Part shown: positions 48,572 through 59,152 of the stretch, in pieces
Layout: every line of letters starts with the position of its first letter
Numbering within the stretch: the first letter of the stretch is position 1
NCBI GenBank assembly: GCA_963833675.1
Contig: CAWHYW010000006.1
Location: 21,364 to 85,363, forward strand
Direction of reading: 5' to 3'
Source of the DNA: Bryobacteraceae bacterium
GTDB lineage: Bacteria > Acidobacteriota > Terriglobia > Bryobacterales > Bryobacteraceae
DNA length: 64,000 nt
Position numbers and translations under genes: made by a program
The notes under the pieces: generated by a model
Databases searched by the model: none
What the model was told of the DNA's origin: nothing
What the model saw: only the letters and a program-made list of their open reading frames with translations

Positions 48572-51500
48572 TTACGGGCCGACAAACAAGATCGCCTTCT
48601 GCTGTGTTCGCGTTCCCTGAGCTGTTAGAACGATTTCATGTTCTCCGGTGGGAAGCTCCGGTACTTCGATGTTGATCTGATACAAGCCCGGACTGATTAA
48701 ACCGGAATACAACACTTTGGCAGTTCGACCGCCCAAAGTCACAGCGGGAGTGGCGATTGCGAGAGGCTGTTGTAATAGAAGCCCCTCAGGATAGGCCGGA
48801 TTGGTGGCTCCCAATCCAGTCGCATAGAGCGAGATGGCGTCACCGGCTTTGGCGCCGCGCGTTGCCGTATTTGGAAACGTATCCGGAGGAGCGACCAGCA
48901 TCCCATTGGGGAGCGTGATCGCTGCTAGACGGCTTACCGGGGCCGGCATCATGAACAGCCCCGGGGCCCGCGTGCGGAGAAGAGTGACCTCAAAGAGGCT
49001 ACGCCGGCCATTGTTGTCGATCTCGATCGGAACCAATCCGACGGCCGTATCTTCGGGCGCAAGAGCGTTGATTTGGGTGGGACTGATGTAGTAAACATAC
49101 GCGGGCTTCCCATTCACCAGCACTTTCACGCCGTCGAGACTGGTCGGCAGGCGGTCGCCATTAAAATCGGCGGCCGTCCACGTTCGCGTTCCGGGCGCCA
49201 GATTGACTCCACGCACGGTAAACCATCCGCCCGGTGAGATTCCGGTGAGGAAGCTCGCAGCGTTCACCACTCCGCCGTCCGCGATTGCCGGCCGCAAGGG
49301 ATCCCCTGCCATTTGTCGAATAAACACCGTGTTGCCGGCGATAGTTACCGTCCCTCGGCGTTCCGAACTGCTGGTATTCGTATCGTGGATCAGAGTCACA
49401 GACTGGCTGGTTTTCTCCAGAAGGGAAAGCCAGGGAGTGGTCGTATTGACTTGCCAGGCGGCATCGCTCTGAGTTTGCACCGAGAGCGTTACGATTCCCG
49501 AGCCGCTCGAGACAAGTGTTTCGACAGGACTCACAATGAAATCAGAGGATCGAATCGTACCGGGAGCCGCCTGATTGATTTGCAGTGTGTACTCGCCAAC
49601 GGTAAGCGTGCCGGTCCGGGCGCCAGGTCCCGGATTCACGTCTACGGAATAGAGGACGAGGTCATATTCATTGCCCGAAGCATTCTGTACCTTAATCCAG
49701 GGACTGGCCGACGAAACTTGCCACGCGCACGGCTCCGACGTTGGTACGACCTCGAACAGGTAAACGCCCGCGCTGGCGGGAACGTCTCGGCGGAATGGCC
49801 TCGGTACTACGCGACATGCTGTGTCGAAGGTAAACGAGCCCTGGCGTACCCAGCCGGTGCTCGCGCCGCTGCGGTCGACTGCCATCGTATAAATTTCCTG
49901 CGGACGGGTCACGGTCCGAAGAAATGCAAAATCCATCCACACTTCGAACTCCGTATCAGAGATCGCGGTTACGGAAGCGTAGCCTGCGCCGCATCGCGAA
50001 TTGCTCACGAATCGCCATTCCCCGTTCTGAAGCGTGTCGAACGAGTACGCGCCTGTCTCCGGTACCTTGAGCGAGAGTGTACGAGTCGTGAAGTCATAAC
50101 GCGCGACACAGCCGTTCTGTTCGGTTTGAGAATCGTTGATCAGAATAAGGAATTCCTTGAGATCGTCTACCCCATTCGGATCCGAAACGATCGCATCCGT
50201 TGATATCCATTGCAGGCTCGGAAAACTGCCGGTCTTCGGACCAAAAACCGAAACCGCAGGCGGCGCCGGTATACCAGTCTGGGTTACGCCGAATGTCTTT
50301 CGTTCGATTGTCAGCGATGCCCGCCGCGAGAGGGCGGTTGAATTTCGCTGCGCCTCGAGCGTGATGCTTGCATTTCCTTTTCGATTCAAGCCGCCTGGCA
50401 CATCGAGCCAGCTCCGGCTCGGTGAGGCGCTCCAGGCACACTCAGGAGTCGCAGACACCGAGATTGTAGTGGGACGTCCTTCCGGGCTGATGAGAGCGCC
50501 GTCGGTGATTCCCGATACGGTTGTGCAGGGCGCATCATAACGGACCGAAATCCGCAACTGCTGCGGCGTCATAGACAGGACTTCGAGAGTGAGATCGCTG
50601 AACGGATCGCGCCAAACCTGGCCCGGACGTAGAACAGGATCGGTGAAGTAGCCAGGAAACGCGAGGAGGCGAGTCTCGTCAATGCTTGCGGGTGTGAAGT
50701 CCAGCAGATCGGAATACAGCTCCTCCGCGGTAGATTGCGCGCGAATTGTCGCGCCTTCGAACATGGTCTTCAGATCTGGATTCTCGCTGCTGTCGAATGC
50801 TCCCGCGGGCTGCCGGTATTCAATCCAAAGGACTTCATCGCCGGCATTGCGCTTTACCCGTAAAGCTTTCACCCCGGCGGCAGGTGATTGCAGCGGCGCC
50901 AAATCGAAGACACCCGCCGTCTGGACGTTCGTATAGTCCGTGGTCTGTCGCAACCAACCGAGAGTTACTTTTTGAGCGGCGCTGAAATGCGCCTCGCCAC
51001 TGCCCATCACGGAGAAGAGATCACCGTACTCCTCAAAGGTCGCGAGGCCGCGGTCGGGTCCGATAGCGGTTCCCGGAAAGCGCATAGTTCGCGCATGTTC
51101 GACCCCAAAATTGTGTCCGAGTTCGTGGATGACTGTAAATAGCAGATCTTCGGCTTTGGTGAAGCGCACCGATGCGTACGAGGCTTGCGTACGCTCGCTC
51201 GGAGAAATGAGAGTTTGACAGCCAATCGTTCCTTGTCCCAGAGTCTCGCAGGCGTCAGAGCCGGGATAGACAACCACGACGCGAGAATAGCGAGTGAAAT
51301 CGACGTCTGTGTCGGCAGCTTTCAGGGCCGCGACTCGTAGCTGAGCGTATTCTCCACATTTATATTCGCGATCGAGCGTGTACCAGCCGAACACATCACC
51401 CGTTAGATTCAAAGCTCCGTAGGATGCCTCTTTATAGAAGTTGCTGACCGTACGCCCTGAGGGTCCGAAGATCAGCTCTCCGATTCGAGCTTTCGTGAGC

Positions 51501-52090
51501 TCAGGAGCGGGCGCTCCGGGGAAATTTGCCAGGATTACCGCGAGCCGCTGCGCACCATCGGTTCTGCATTCGGCAGCAGGTTCGGCCGAGCGTTCGACGG
51601 CTGCTGCAGTCACGAGCATGACGTTGCCGACGCGATATCCTTCCAAGCGCGCTTCGTCTCCGCAGTGCAGAGATAGAGCAGGCCCACCGTACGCTGTTAT
51701 CGACTCGCCGCCACTCTCGAACAGGTAGCTATGCAGGCTGCGTTTTTCCCGTGGCTGATCGAGGACCGTCGATTCGACCGGGCCTCTGTAGGCGAACGTC
51801 CGCTCGAGGAGCTTACCATCGGCCGCCTGACGAGTCCGCAGGTCCTGAAGCGTTTGAGGACTCAGCAGCAGACCTCGCGCAGCGACAGGGTCTCGCGCAA
51901 TGAGATTATTTAACAGCGCTGCCCGTTCGAGAAGAATCGCACCCGATGCCGCGCTTCGGCGTACGCTCTTGCTGCTCACATCCTGGAGGATCTGCCGATT
52001 CAGCTCACGTACGCGATCGACGTCTGATGCGAAAAGACACAGGGAAGGTATGAGGACGGCGAGTGACGCACGACCAATAATTTGACGCAA
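48572..52090 (-). CDS. Large secreted metzincin-type zinc metalloprotease with repeated beta-sandwich domains and Solibacter-type C-terminal domains
   Basis: Signal peptide. HELGHNFGVEH = HExxHxxGxxH (gametolysin/M11-like context). Three C.W...S..W(L/I)-type BACON-like modules. Two C-terminal VVNAASF...ISPGG...YISPTQINALAP / ATGLG...VLYSGLISPGLYQINIEVP modules resemble TIGR03437. Confidence 0.75.
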   Translation of the reverse strand: MRQIIGRASLAVLIPSLCLFASDVDRVRELNRQILQDVSSKSVRRSAASGAILLERAALLNNLIARDPVAARGLLLSPQTLQDLRTRQAADGKLLERTFAYRGPVESTVLDQPREKRSLHSYLFESGGESITAYGGPALSLHCGDEARLEGYRVGNVMLVTAAAVERSAEPAAECRTDGAQRLAVILANFPGAPAPELTKARIGELIFGPSGRTVSNFYKEASYGALNLTGDVFGWYTLDREYKCGEYAQLRVAALKAADTDVDFTRYSRVVVVYPGSDACETLGQGTIGCQTLISPSERTQASYASVRFTKAEDLLFTVIHELGHNFGVEHARTMRFPGTAIGPDRGLATFEEYGDLFSVMGSGEAHFSAAQKVTLGWLRQTTDYTNVQTAGVFDLAPLQSPAAGVKALRVKRNAGDEVLWIEYRQPAGAFDSSENPDLKTMFEGATIRAQSTAEELYSDLLDFTPASIDETRLLAFPGYFTDPVLRPGQVWRDPFSDLTLEVLSMTPQQLRISVRYDAPCTTVSGITDGALISPEGRPTTISVSATPECAWSASPSRSWLDVPGGLNRKGNASITLEAQRNSTALSRRASLTIERKTFGVTQTGIPAPPAVSVFGPKTGSFPSLQWISTDAIVSDPNGVDDLKEFLILINDSQTEQNGCVARYDFTTRTLSLKVPETGAYSFDTLQNGEWRFVSNSRCGAGYASVTAISDTEFEVWMDFAFLRTVTRPQEIYTMAVDRSGASTGWVRQGSFTFDTACRVVPRPFRRDVPASAGVYLFEVVPTSEPCAWQVSSASPWIKVQNASGNEYDLVLYSVDVNPGPGARTGTLTVGEYTLQINQAAPGTIRSSDFIVSPVETLVSSGSGIVTLSVQTQSDAAWQVNTTTPWLSLLEKTSQSVTLIHDTNTSSSERRGTVTIAGNTVFIRQMAGDPLRPAIADGGVVNAASFLTGISPGGWFTVRGVNLAPGTRTWTAADFNGDRLPTSLDGVKVLVNGKPAYVYYISPTQINALAPEDTAVGLVPIEIDNNGRRSLFEVTLLRTRAPGLFMMPAPVSRLAAITLPNGMLVAPPDTFPNTATRGAKAGDAISLYATGLGATNPAYPEGLLLQQPLAIATPAVTLGGRTAKVLYSGLISPGLYQINIEVPELPTGEHEIVLTAQGTRTQQKAILFVGP

Positions 52091-52261
52091 ATTGTAAGCT
52101 CCGAACTTTCGATTTTAGCGTCGAAATGTCTCTTTGCCGATACAAAATCACCTTACTTTTCTACTTACTACCTTCGAGTAACTTGCACTATTCCGCTTTG
52201 CTCAAAGGCCTAGGTGAGTTCCCTGGGTAGGCGTGATGTGAGGCCAAAAACGAGTAAGGTG

Positions 52262-52291
52262 TTGACCTTGATAGCGCAGCCATCATATACT
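52262..52291 (+). promoter_or_regulatory. Candidate sigma-70 promoter for the TonB-type OMP gene
   Basis: TTGACC (52262-52267) - 18 nt - TATACT (52286-52291), 22 nt upstream of ATG 52313, which has AGGAG 6 nt upstream. Confidence 0.35.
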
Positions 52292-52312
52292 TCACAAGAT
52301 TCAGGAGTCTCA

Positions 52313-55300
52313 ATGAAACGTTTTTGCACCGTTTTGCAAATCATGCTCTTCGTGTGCGCCTCCTCCGCGTGGAGTCAGGTTGCAACGGGATCGCTTAGTG
52401 GTACTGTTGTCGACGCAGTTGGAGCCGCCATTCCCGGGGCTGCCGTTGTGGCAAAGAACGAAGCCACTGGAGTCGAGTTTAAGACCGAATCATCCGAAGC
52501 CGGTCTATATGTGTTCGCTACACTCCCCACGGGCGTCTATGGGGTAACCGCCGAAAAGACGGGGTTTAAAAAGTCGGTGCGCAGTGGCATCGAGATACGC
52601 ATTGCCACCCGTCAGGAATTAGATGTTCGGATGGAAATTGGTGAAGTTCAACAGACCGTCGAGGTCACCGGTGAAGCGCAGCTGCTGGAGACAGTCAGCA
52701 CGCAACGCGGCCAGAATCTTTCGACGCAATTCATGAATAATCTGCCATTTTATTTCGGCGGCATCCGGAGTCCACGTGCCTTTGTCGGCTACATGCAGGG
52801 TGCGAATCAAGGGGCTGAGCTTTCGGTCCAGGGTTCGAACGGCCGTTCGCAGGAAGTGCTCATTGACGGTGCGTCCTTCACCATTCCTGAATCGGGAGGA
52901 ACCTCTTTCAACCCACCCGCCGCGGAAATGTTTGATGAATTCAAGATGCTGACCACTTTCGACGCTGAGTATGGCCGAGCGGGTGGAGGCATTGAACTCT
53001 ATCACTCAAAATCAGGCACCAACGATCTTCATGGCACTGCCTTCCTCAATATGAGGCGCGACATCTGGAACGCAAATACGTGGGCTAACAACGCCAGCGG
53101 TCGCGTCAGGCCTAAGGAGCGCACGAACGAGGTAGGCGGAGCCGCTGGCGGGCCAGTTTGGATTCCGAAGGTCTATGACGGACGCAACAAAAGCTTTTTC
53201 TATTTCACCTACACGGAAATCCTTCAGCCCGCTGGAATATCGCAACAAGTCAATACCGTGCCGACTGCCAGGATGAAGCAGGGCGATTTCGGCGAGCTTC
53301 CCTCTTCGCAGATCATCTATGATCCACTGACTACTTCCGGAAACACGCGCCAGCCTTTCCCGAATCAAACCATTCCGAGAAACCGTTTCAGCGCTATCTC
53401 GAGTAAGCTTCTGAGTGCAATTCCCGATCCGACACGTCCGGGACTCACAAGCAACTATGACTACGTCGCGACTACCAACCTCACCGACCCGATCTGGAGC
53501 CTGAAGTTCGATCATTCCATCACCACGAATCATCGATTGTCGTTTTTCGTTTCGAAGGACAATCAACTCTCCGATGTGGTGACTATTTTCGATGGCCCCC
53601 TAGGTCAGGGTTTGAAAACCTATCAAAGACCGGACAACTGGCGCTTCAATTACGACTGGATCATCAAGCCGAATCTTCTATTCCACGTTACGTACGGTTA
53701 CTCTCGAACCCGGCAGCTCTGGGATAACCCTCAGCAGAAGGGAGCGGCTTCGGCGTTTGGATTTCCGGGTATCACAGGGGACGCGGATGCAATGCCGCGA
53801 GTCATGTTCACCGGGGCGGATGGGTACACGAACTGGGGTGTTCAGGACGGCAAGGTCTCTAATGGAAGCCAGCTTAACGCGACAAAGATGTTCACTGCCG
53901 CCATCAACTGGGTGCATGGGAAGCACGAAATCAAGACCGGAATGGATATGCGCTATTTGTCGACCTTCTCCGATCCACTTGATTTAGCCGGATCCAACGG
54001 ACAATATTTCTTCGCGCGAGCACAAACTGGGCTGCCGACGAATCTGAGCGGCACAGGCAATGCCTTTGCTAGTCTGTTGTTGGGCGCGGTGGACTCGGCC
54101 AATCGGACGGCTCTACCAGTCGTCCCTGGCTTTATCCGTTATCAGTATTACGCCGGGTACGTACAGGATAACTGGAGAGTTAATTCGCGACTTACGTTGA
54201 ACCTGGGGCTGCGGTATGAAGTTCCAATGAACTGGATGGCCGACAACGGCGACTACTCCGGCCTAGATCTTAGCCGCCCGAACCCAGGAGCCGGTAATCG
54301 CAATGGCGCGCTCGTATTCTACGGGTCGGGCGCAGGACGTGAAGGTGTCCTCCGGCCGTATCCTACTGACTTCACCGGTTTCGGACCGCATTTGGGCTTT
54401 GCCTTCCGATTAACTTCCAAAACGGTCATCCGCGGAGGATATAGCATTGTTTACCAAGCGCTCGGAAATGGCGGGTGCGGTTGCCGTACCGGATTCGCAA
54501 ATCCGATTGTCGTCAACTCGGACGGTGTCAATCCGGCTCTCAATTGGGATAACGGCATCGCGCCGCCGCCCAGCTTCCGCCCACCGCCCACAATCGATCC
54601 GACAGTGGCCAACAACACGGATGCCGATTACTTTTCAAAGAATTTTGGAAAGGCCCCCCGTATTCCGAACTGGACTTTCAATGTTCAGCATGAGATTAAG
54701 CAGTATCTGATCGAGGTCGGGTATGTAGGTAATCGTGGGACGCGCTTGAATTCGACGACGGATCTCAACCAGGTTCCAGTTGATCGTTTATCGCTTGGAA
54801 GCCTATTACAACAACCGATCGACAGCCCCCAAGTGGTTGCAGCCGGTTTCAGCAAGCCCTATCCTAACTTCACGGGCACGTTGGCGCAGGCATTGCGTCC
54901 GTATCCGCAATACCTAAATATCAGCGAACGCAATTCAGCAGTCGGACGAACTTGGTATGATGCACTGCAAACCAAAGTAGAACGTAGATTCGGCGATTTA
55001 CAGCTGTCGGCGACTTACGTTTGGTCCAAGTCGCTGGCCCTGGATACGTACCGACAGATTTTCACGCAGAATCAGTCCTACCCACAAGATGCCTACAATC
55101 AACAAGAGAATAAGAGCTATTCGTTTTTTGACCAACCACACGTTCTGAACATCCTCTGGTCGTGGAACATTCCGTTCGGAAAGGGCAAAAGGTGGTTGGG
55201 TACCGGTGGGCAGTGGCAGGACTGGATCGTGGGAGGTTGGACACTTAGCGGTATTCAACAGTACCGGTCGAGCGGCCTGATTCAAGTCGTGGCACCGAAC

Positions 55301-55716
55301 ACCCTTGGCAATGGTGTCATCTTCTCGCGCTATAAGAAGGCGAATGTAGGATCAGGTCCCATTCAGACCGGTGTCGATGCTACTTCGCTCGACCCCAACA
55401 ATCCAGCTGTCCGGTGGTTCAACGCCGCGGCGTTTACGATACCGGGTCAGTATCAGCTCGGGAATTCGGCAATGTTCTATGGCGAATATCGGCAGCCATA
55501 CATTCGGAATGAACAGCTCTCTATCGTGAAGCGGACGAACTTCCGTTATCTGAATGACCGGGGAGTAATGCTCACCTATCGGGCTGACATCTACAATCTC
55601 TTTAACCGAACGGCCTTCGGTGTCAACGGCACGATCGGGAACGCCGATTTCGGAAAGGCGACTGGTCCACAAATTGGTGCGCGCGTCATCACGATGGGCT
55701 TCGGCTCAATTTCTAA
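52313..55716 (+). CDS. TonB-dependent-receptor-like outer membrane protein with N-terminal CarboxypepD_reg domain (frame break 6 codons before the stop)
   Basis: MKRFCTVLQIMLFVCASSAWSQ signal. GSLSGTVVDAVGAAIPGAAVVAKNEATG...GLYVFATLPTGVYGVTAEKTGFK, followed by a long beta-barrel body. The family-typical end ...GARVITMG-LRLNF-TAA (55714-55716) is reached only by adding one nt to the G-run 55696-55698. As sequenced, the ORF reads through to 55984. Confidence 0.82.
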
Positions 55717-55735
55717 TACGATTCCCTGTTGTTGT

Positions 55736-55770
55736 AAAAGGCCCGTCTGCACGGCGGGCCTTTTTATTTC
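55736..55770 (+). terminator. Rho-independent terminator
   Basis: AAAAGGCCCG-tctgcacgg-CGGGCCTTTTTATTT, 20 nt after the repaired OMP stop. Confidence 0.8.
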
Positions 55771-55798
55771 CGGTACGATTCAGGTAAAGGGCCAATGT

Positions 55799-56485
55799 AT
55801 GGGCAAGGTTCTGGTTACACTGGCGGCATTGATCCGGATCCTACATGCTCAGGATCAGTACACAGGGCAGCGCGAGAGGATGGTTCGCGAACAGATCGAA
55901 TCGCGAGGTATCCACAGCCATGCGGTACTGAACGCGCTGCGTGTGACACCGCGACACCTATTTATGCCGGTTGATGCCCGATAGGCTGCATATGAAGATC
56001 ACCCAGTCCCGATCGGGTATGGCCAGACGATCTCGCAGCCATACATCGTGGCCTTTATGACCGATATACTCCGCCTCGGGAGGGAACATAAGGTTCTCGA
56101 GATCGGTACCGGCTCCGGTTATCAGGCGGCAGTCTTATCCCTATTTTCGAAGGAAGTTTACACCATTGAAATCGTGCCCGAACTGGCGCGATCCGCCTCA
56201 CAGACCTTGCAACAATTGGGCTATAGAAACGTGTTTGTGCGAGGTGGCGACGGCTATCGAGGCTGGCCGGAAAAGGCGCCTTTCGATCGCATCCTATTGA
56301 CGGCAGCGCCACCAGAGATCCCTTCGTCTCTCGTCACGCAGCTTCGCGCGGGCGGGAAGCTCGTCGCGCCCGTAGGCGTCGCTTCTTCAGCGCAGGAAAT
56401 TGTGATTCTGGACAAGGGCGGCGATGGAAAGGTGACCACTCGTTCCGTGTTGCCGGTACGATTCGTGCCGATGGTGCGACCTTAA
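55799..56485 (+). pseudogene. pcm: Protein-L-isoaspartate O-methyltransferase with an in-frame TAG at codon 62
   Basis: ATG 55799 (AAGGG 7 nt upstream). [40 protein letters not shown](55982-55984)[29 protein letters not shown]...VLEIGTGSGYQAAVL... all lie in one frame. The ORF track shows only the part from 56048. Confidence 0.88.
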
Positions 56486-57334
56486 CTGCGAGACTCGCCT
56501 AGGCGACCGTCGCCAAATGCGGATCCGTTCGCTGCGACAGCGGGAAGTACGCTTCGCCTTGCGATCGCGAGTTGAACAGCGCTCTTCACATCCGCCGGAC
56601 GGATCGGCTTGAAGACCACGGCTTCCGGCTCAGCCCATGCAAGTTGATGGACGAAATCGGATTCCATGCACTGGCGGAGCGATGACAACCACCGGCACCT
56701 CATGGGATTCGTGCACGTGGCGGGTCAGTTCAAATCCATTCATGGGACCCGTTAGGGTCACGCCGGTAATGAGCACTGCTGGATGAGATTGATCGAGAGC
56801 GTTTTGCGCATCCTCACCGCAATCGATAATGGCGCCGATCGGCACACCCATACTGTCAAAACATTCGGAGACGGCCGCGATCGTGGCCCGATCTTTGTCG
56901 ACGATTACCGCACGGCCTTCAATGCGGTCCGAGACCCCCAACGGCACCTCACTTCGCAGATAGAAGCGAGGGAGATAGTCTCCGGGACGGTATCGAATCA
57001 GAACAGCATCATTGATGCCTTCGTTCAGATAGTAAACGTCGATTTTGGCGCGAAGTTGACGTGCCGCTACCCTTACGGCCGAGTCGACTCGCGGATCAAA
57101 TGAGTCCGGCTTGCCGAACACCGCCAAGGCAATGCAGTATTCTTTCAAACGGTCTTCGCAGCCAGCGAGACCTTGCTCGACTGTGTATAACAGGAAAGCA
57201 CGCAGCCGGGGCGAGGTTCGGAAATATCGGCTGTCCAGCATCCGATTGAGTTGATTCCGCACAGCTTGCGGATCGGGATGATTCATCATAATACAAGCTT
57301 CTCCCGACGAACTTGACGGGGTAGATACTCCCAC
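56482..57334 (-). pseudogene. Regulatory protein: N-terminal helical FDP-motif domain + C-terminal receiver-like domain, one frame break
   Basis: VRNQLNRMLDSRYFRTSPRLRAFLLYTVEQGL...LKEYCIALAVFGKPDSFDPRVDSAVRVAARQLRAKIDVYY, then RAVIVDKDRATI...AVLITGVTLTGPMNGFEL...VPVVVI. There is a frame change near 56685-56700 into SLRQCMESDF...AVVFKPIRPADV. The probable start is ATG 57289. Confidence 0.6.
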
Positions 57335-57552
57335 AAACTGGGGTACTACTCCCGTACTGAATTAGGTTAACAAACCTTCAGGCCTGATAACAAAACTTTT
57401 TACGGGAATGTCCTATAAATAACAGAAATGAGACTGCCCTGCGCTGTTCTTCACTTAAGCCTTTATATACAGGGACTTACGTTAATTGGCAGAGCGGGCT
57501 ATTGCTGAATTGATGGCTAGCCCAATTCCGAAGAACGCGTGTACGGATTTCC

Positions 57553-58230
57553 TCAGGACGGAAAATGCGCGCGTAAAGGAAAGTAGAACGCCTGCACGAA
57601 ATTGATGGCAGCCTTCTCCGAATTTTCGACGTCGCCATCGACCACCGGGACCACTACACGAACCAACGCCGTATCCGTGCGGTTATAGCGAAGCGCATCG
57701 GCGACCACGAAGAACTTCGCCTTGTACTCGCTCGCGACAACACGGTCTCTCGATTGATACCAATAGAGCACGATACTCTTCTGGTCCCCTTTGGCTACCA
57801 CGTAGCGATTCGCTTCGATGGGTTCCGAGCGGCCATCGATCGGGATCTGGATGATATCGGAAACCGAAGGGATCCAGCCACTGCCCGGGAGACAGTTCTT
57901 CGGTGAATGCGGTGTTTGCCCGGTTCGCTGCGATCGAAAATAGGCGACAAACAGGTGTGCAGCCCGTTGCTGCTCCAGGCTGACATAGGAGCGGCTCAGT
58001 AATTCGTCCGCCTTGAGGACGTCCTGGATTTCCTGCTCGACTACGCCTTCCTGCTGCATTGTCCATGATCCGAACTGCGTAGGAACTTGAGCAAGAGGAA
58101 CGTTCTGCGGAATGACCTCCGATCGCGTGAACCCGTAAACTACTGCGACTTGCAGCACAAGCACAACCGTAAGAATTCTGGAAGGCCTGCTCTGGAGAAA
58201 CCCGTTATTAAGCATCGGCGACCTCAACAT
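57553..58230 (-). CDS. epsI: EpsI-family exosortase-associated protein
   Basis: N-terminal TM helix, FGSWTMQ, VAYFRSQRTGQTPHSPKNCLPGSGW. It overlaps the exosortase 3' end. Confidence 0.82.
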   Translation of the reverse strand: MLRSPMLNNGFLQSRPSRILTVVLVLQVAVVYGFTRSEVIPQNVPLAQVPTQFGSWTMQQEGVVEQEIQDVLKADELLSRSYVSLEQQRAAHLFVAYFRSQRTGQTPHSPKNCLPGSGWIPSVSDIIQIPIDGRSEPIEANRYVVAKGDQKSIVLYWYQSRDRVVASEYKAKFFVVADALRYNRTDTALVRVVVPVVDGDVENSEKAAINFVQAFYFPLRAHFPS

Positions 58231-59125
58231 GAGATTTGGCGTGAGGGCGAATGAGGCGGTACACGCGATTAATAATCTGATGCGTGATGATCATCATCGT
58301 GAGAGCGATCATGAAGATGACCCAACCCGATGCTGTATGCGCCGCTCCATGAGCGAGTTCGGGATTCATTTCACTCATGATACCGGTTAAAGTAACTCTT
58401 CCGGCATTGGCGAGGATAGCGATCGGAATAGTAGCGAAAAACAGAACGACACGCATCCACCTCTTGCTATCGAAGAAATACCCGTAGACGAGCGAAAGGA
58501 AGGTGAGTGAGAGCAACGAACGTATTCCGCTGCAGGCCTCCACGACGCTCAGTTTCTGGCTCGCGAGTTCCAGAACGTTGCCGTCTCGGAGGACTGGTAT
58601 CCCAATAAACTCCAGCGTGTGCGCCGCAACTTCACTCGCAAACAATTGCAACGGGAAAGTGATCCGGTTGTAAATGACCGCGGGGATCGGAATCATGAAG
58701 AACAACAGCACCAGTGGGAAAACCATCGCACGAACTGCATACGTGCCGCCGAAAAGCAGCACCGTTCCGATAACTGCCTCGACGAAAGCTGTCCGCGCCA
58801 AAAACAGCTCGGCACCCAACGTCCCGATATACATCTGCAGACCAGCGAAGACGATGATGGCCAATCCCCAATAGTTCGGAGTCAGCTTGCGCCCAAGCAG
58901 CCGATCCCGCCTGTGCCAGGCGATGTAACCCGCGATCAAAGGAACGAAAAATCCATGCCCCATGTCCTCGTCGTTGTTCCACTGGTTCACCAGGCGCATC
59001 AGAACCGGGCCATAACTTAACACCAGCAGGATAAAAAACCACGTCAGAACGGCCCAGGGGACCTGTTGGCTAGCCGGCGGTGGATCAGAAACTTGTGGAA
59101 CGACGGGGTTGGCAACCGAACTCAT
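58208..59125 (-). CDS. Exosortase (EpsH/Xrt family) polytopic membrane transpeptidase
   Basis: NNDEDMGHGFFVPL, catalytic-type EACSGIRSL, ANAGRVTLTG, HTASGWVIF. Multiple TM helices. Confidence 0.88.
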   Translation of the reverse strand: MSSVANPVVPQVSDPPPASQQVPWAVLTWFFILLVLSYGPVLMRLVNQWNNDEDMGHGFFVPLIAGYIAWHRRDRLLGRKLTPNYWGLAIIVFAGLQMYIGTLGAELFLARTAFVEAVIGTVLLFGGTYAVRAMVFPLVLLFFMIPIPAVIYNRITFPLQLFASEVAAHTLEFIGIPVLRDGNVLELASQKLSVVEACSGIRSLLSLTFLSLVYGYFFDSKRWMRVVLFFATIPIAILANAGRVTLTGIMSEMNPELAHGAAHTASGWVIFMIALTMMIITHQIINRVYRLIRPHAKSHVEVADA

Positions 59126-59152
59126 GCGAGCAACAAACCTACTGGTCTAATC

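Noticed and set aside
57478-57510. Sigma-54-like TGGCA...TTGC element in the EpsI/regulator spacer
   Set aside because: The GG-to-GC spacing is about 16 nt instead of the required 12. It also points away from the adjacent minus-strand genes.
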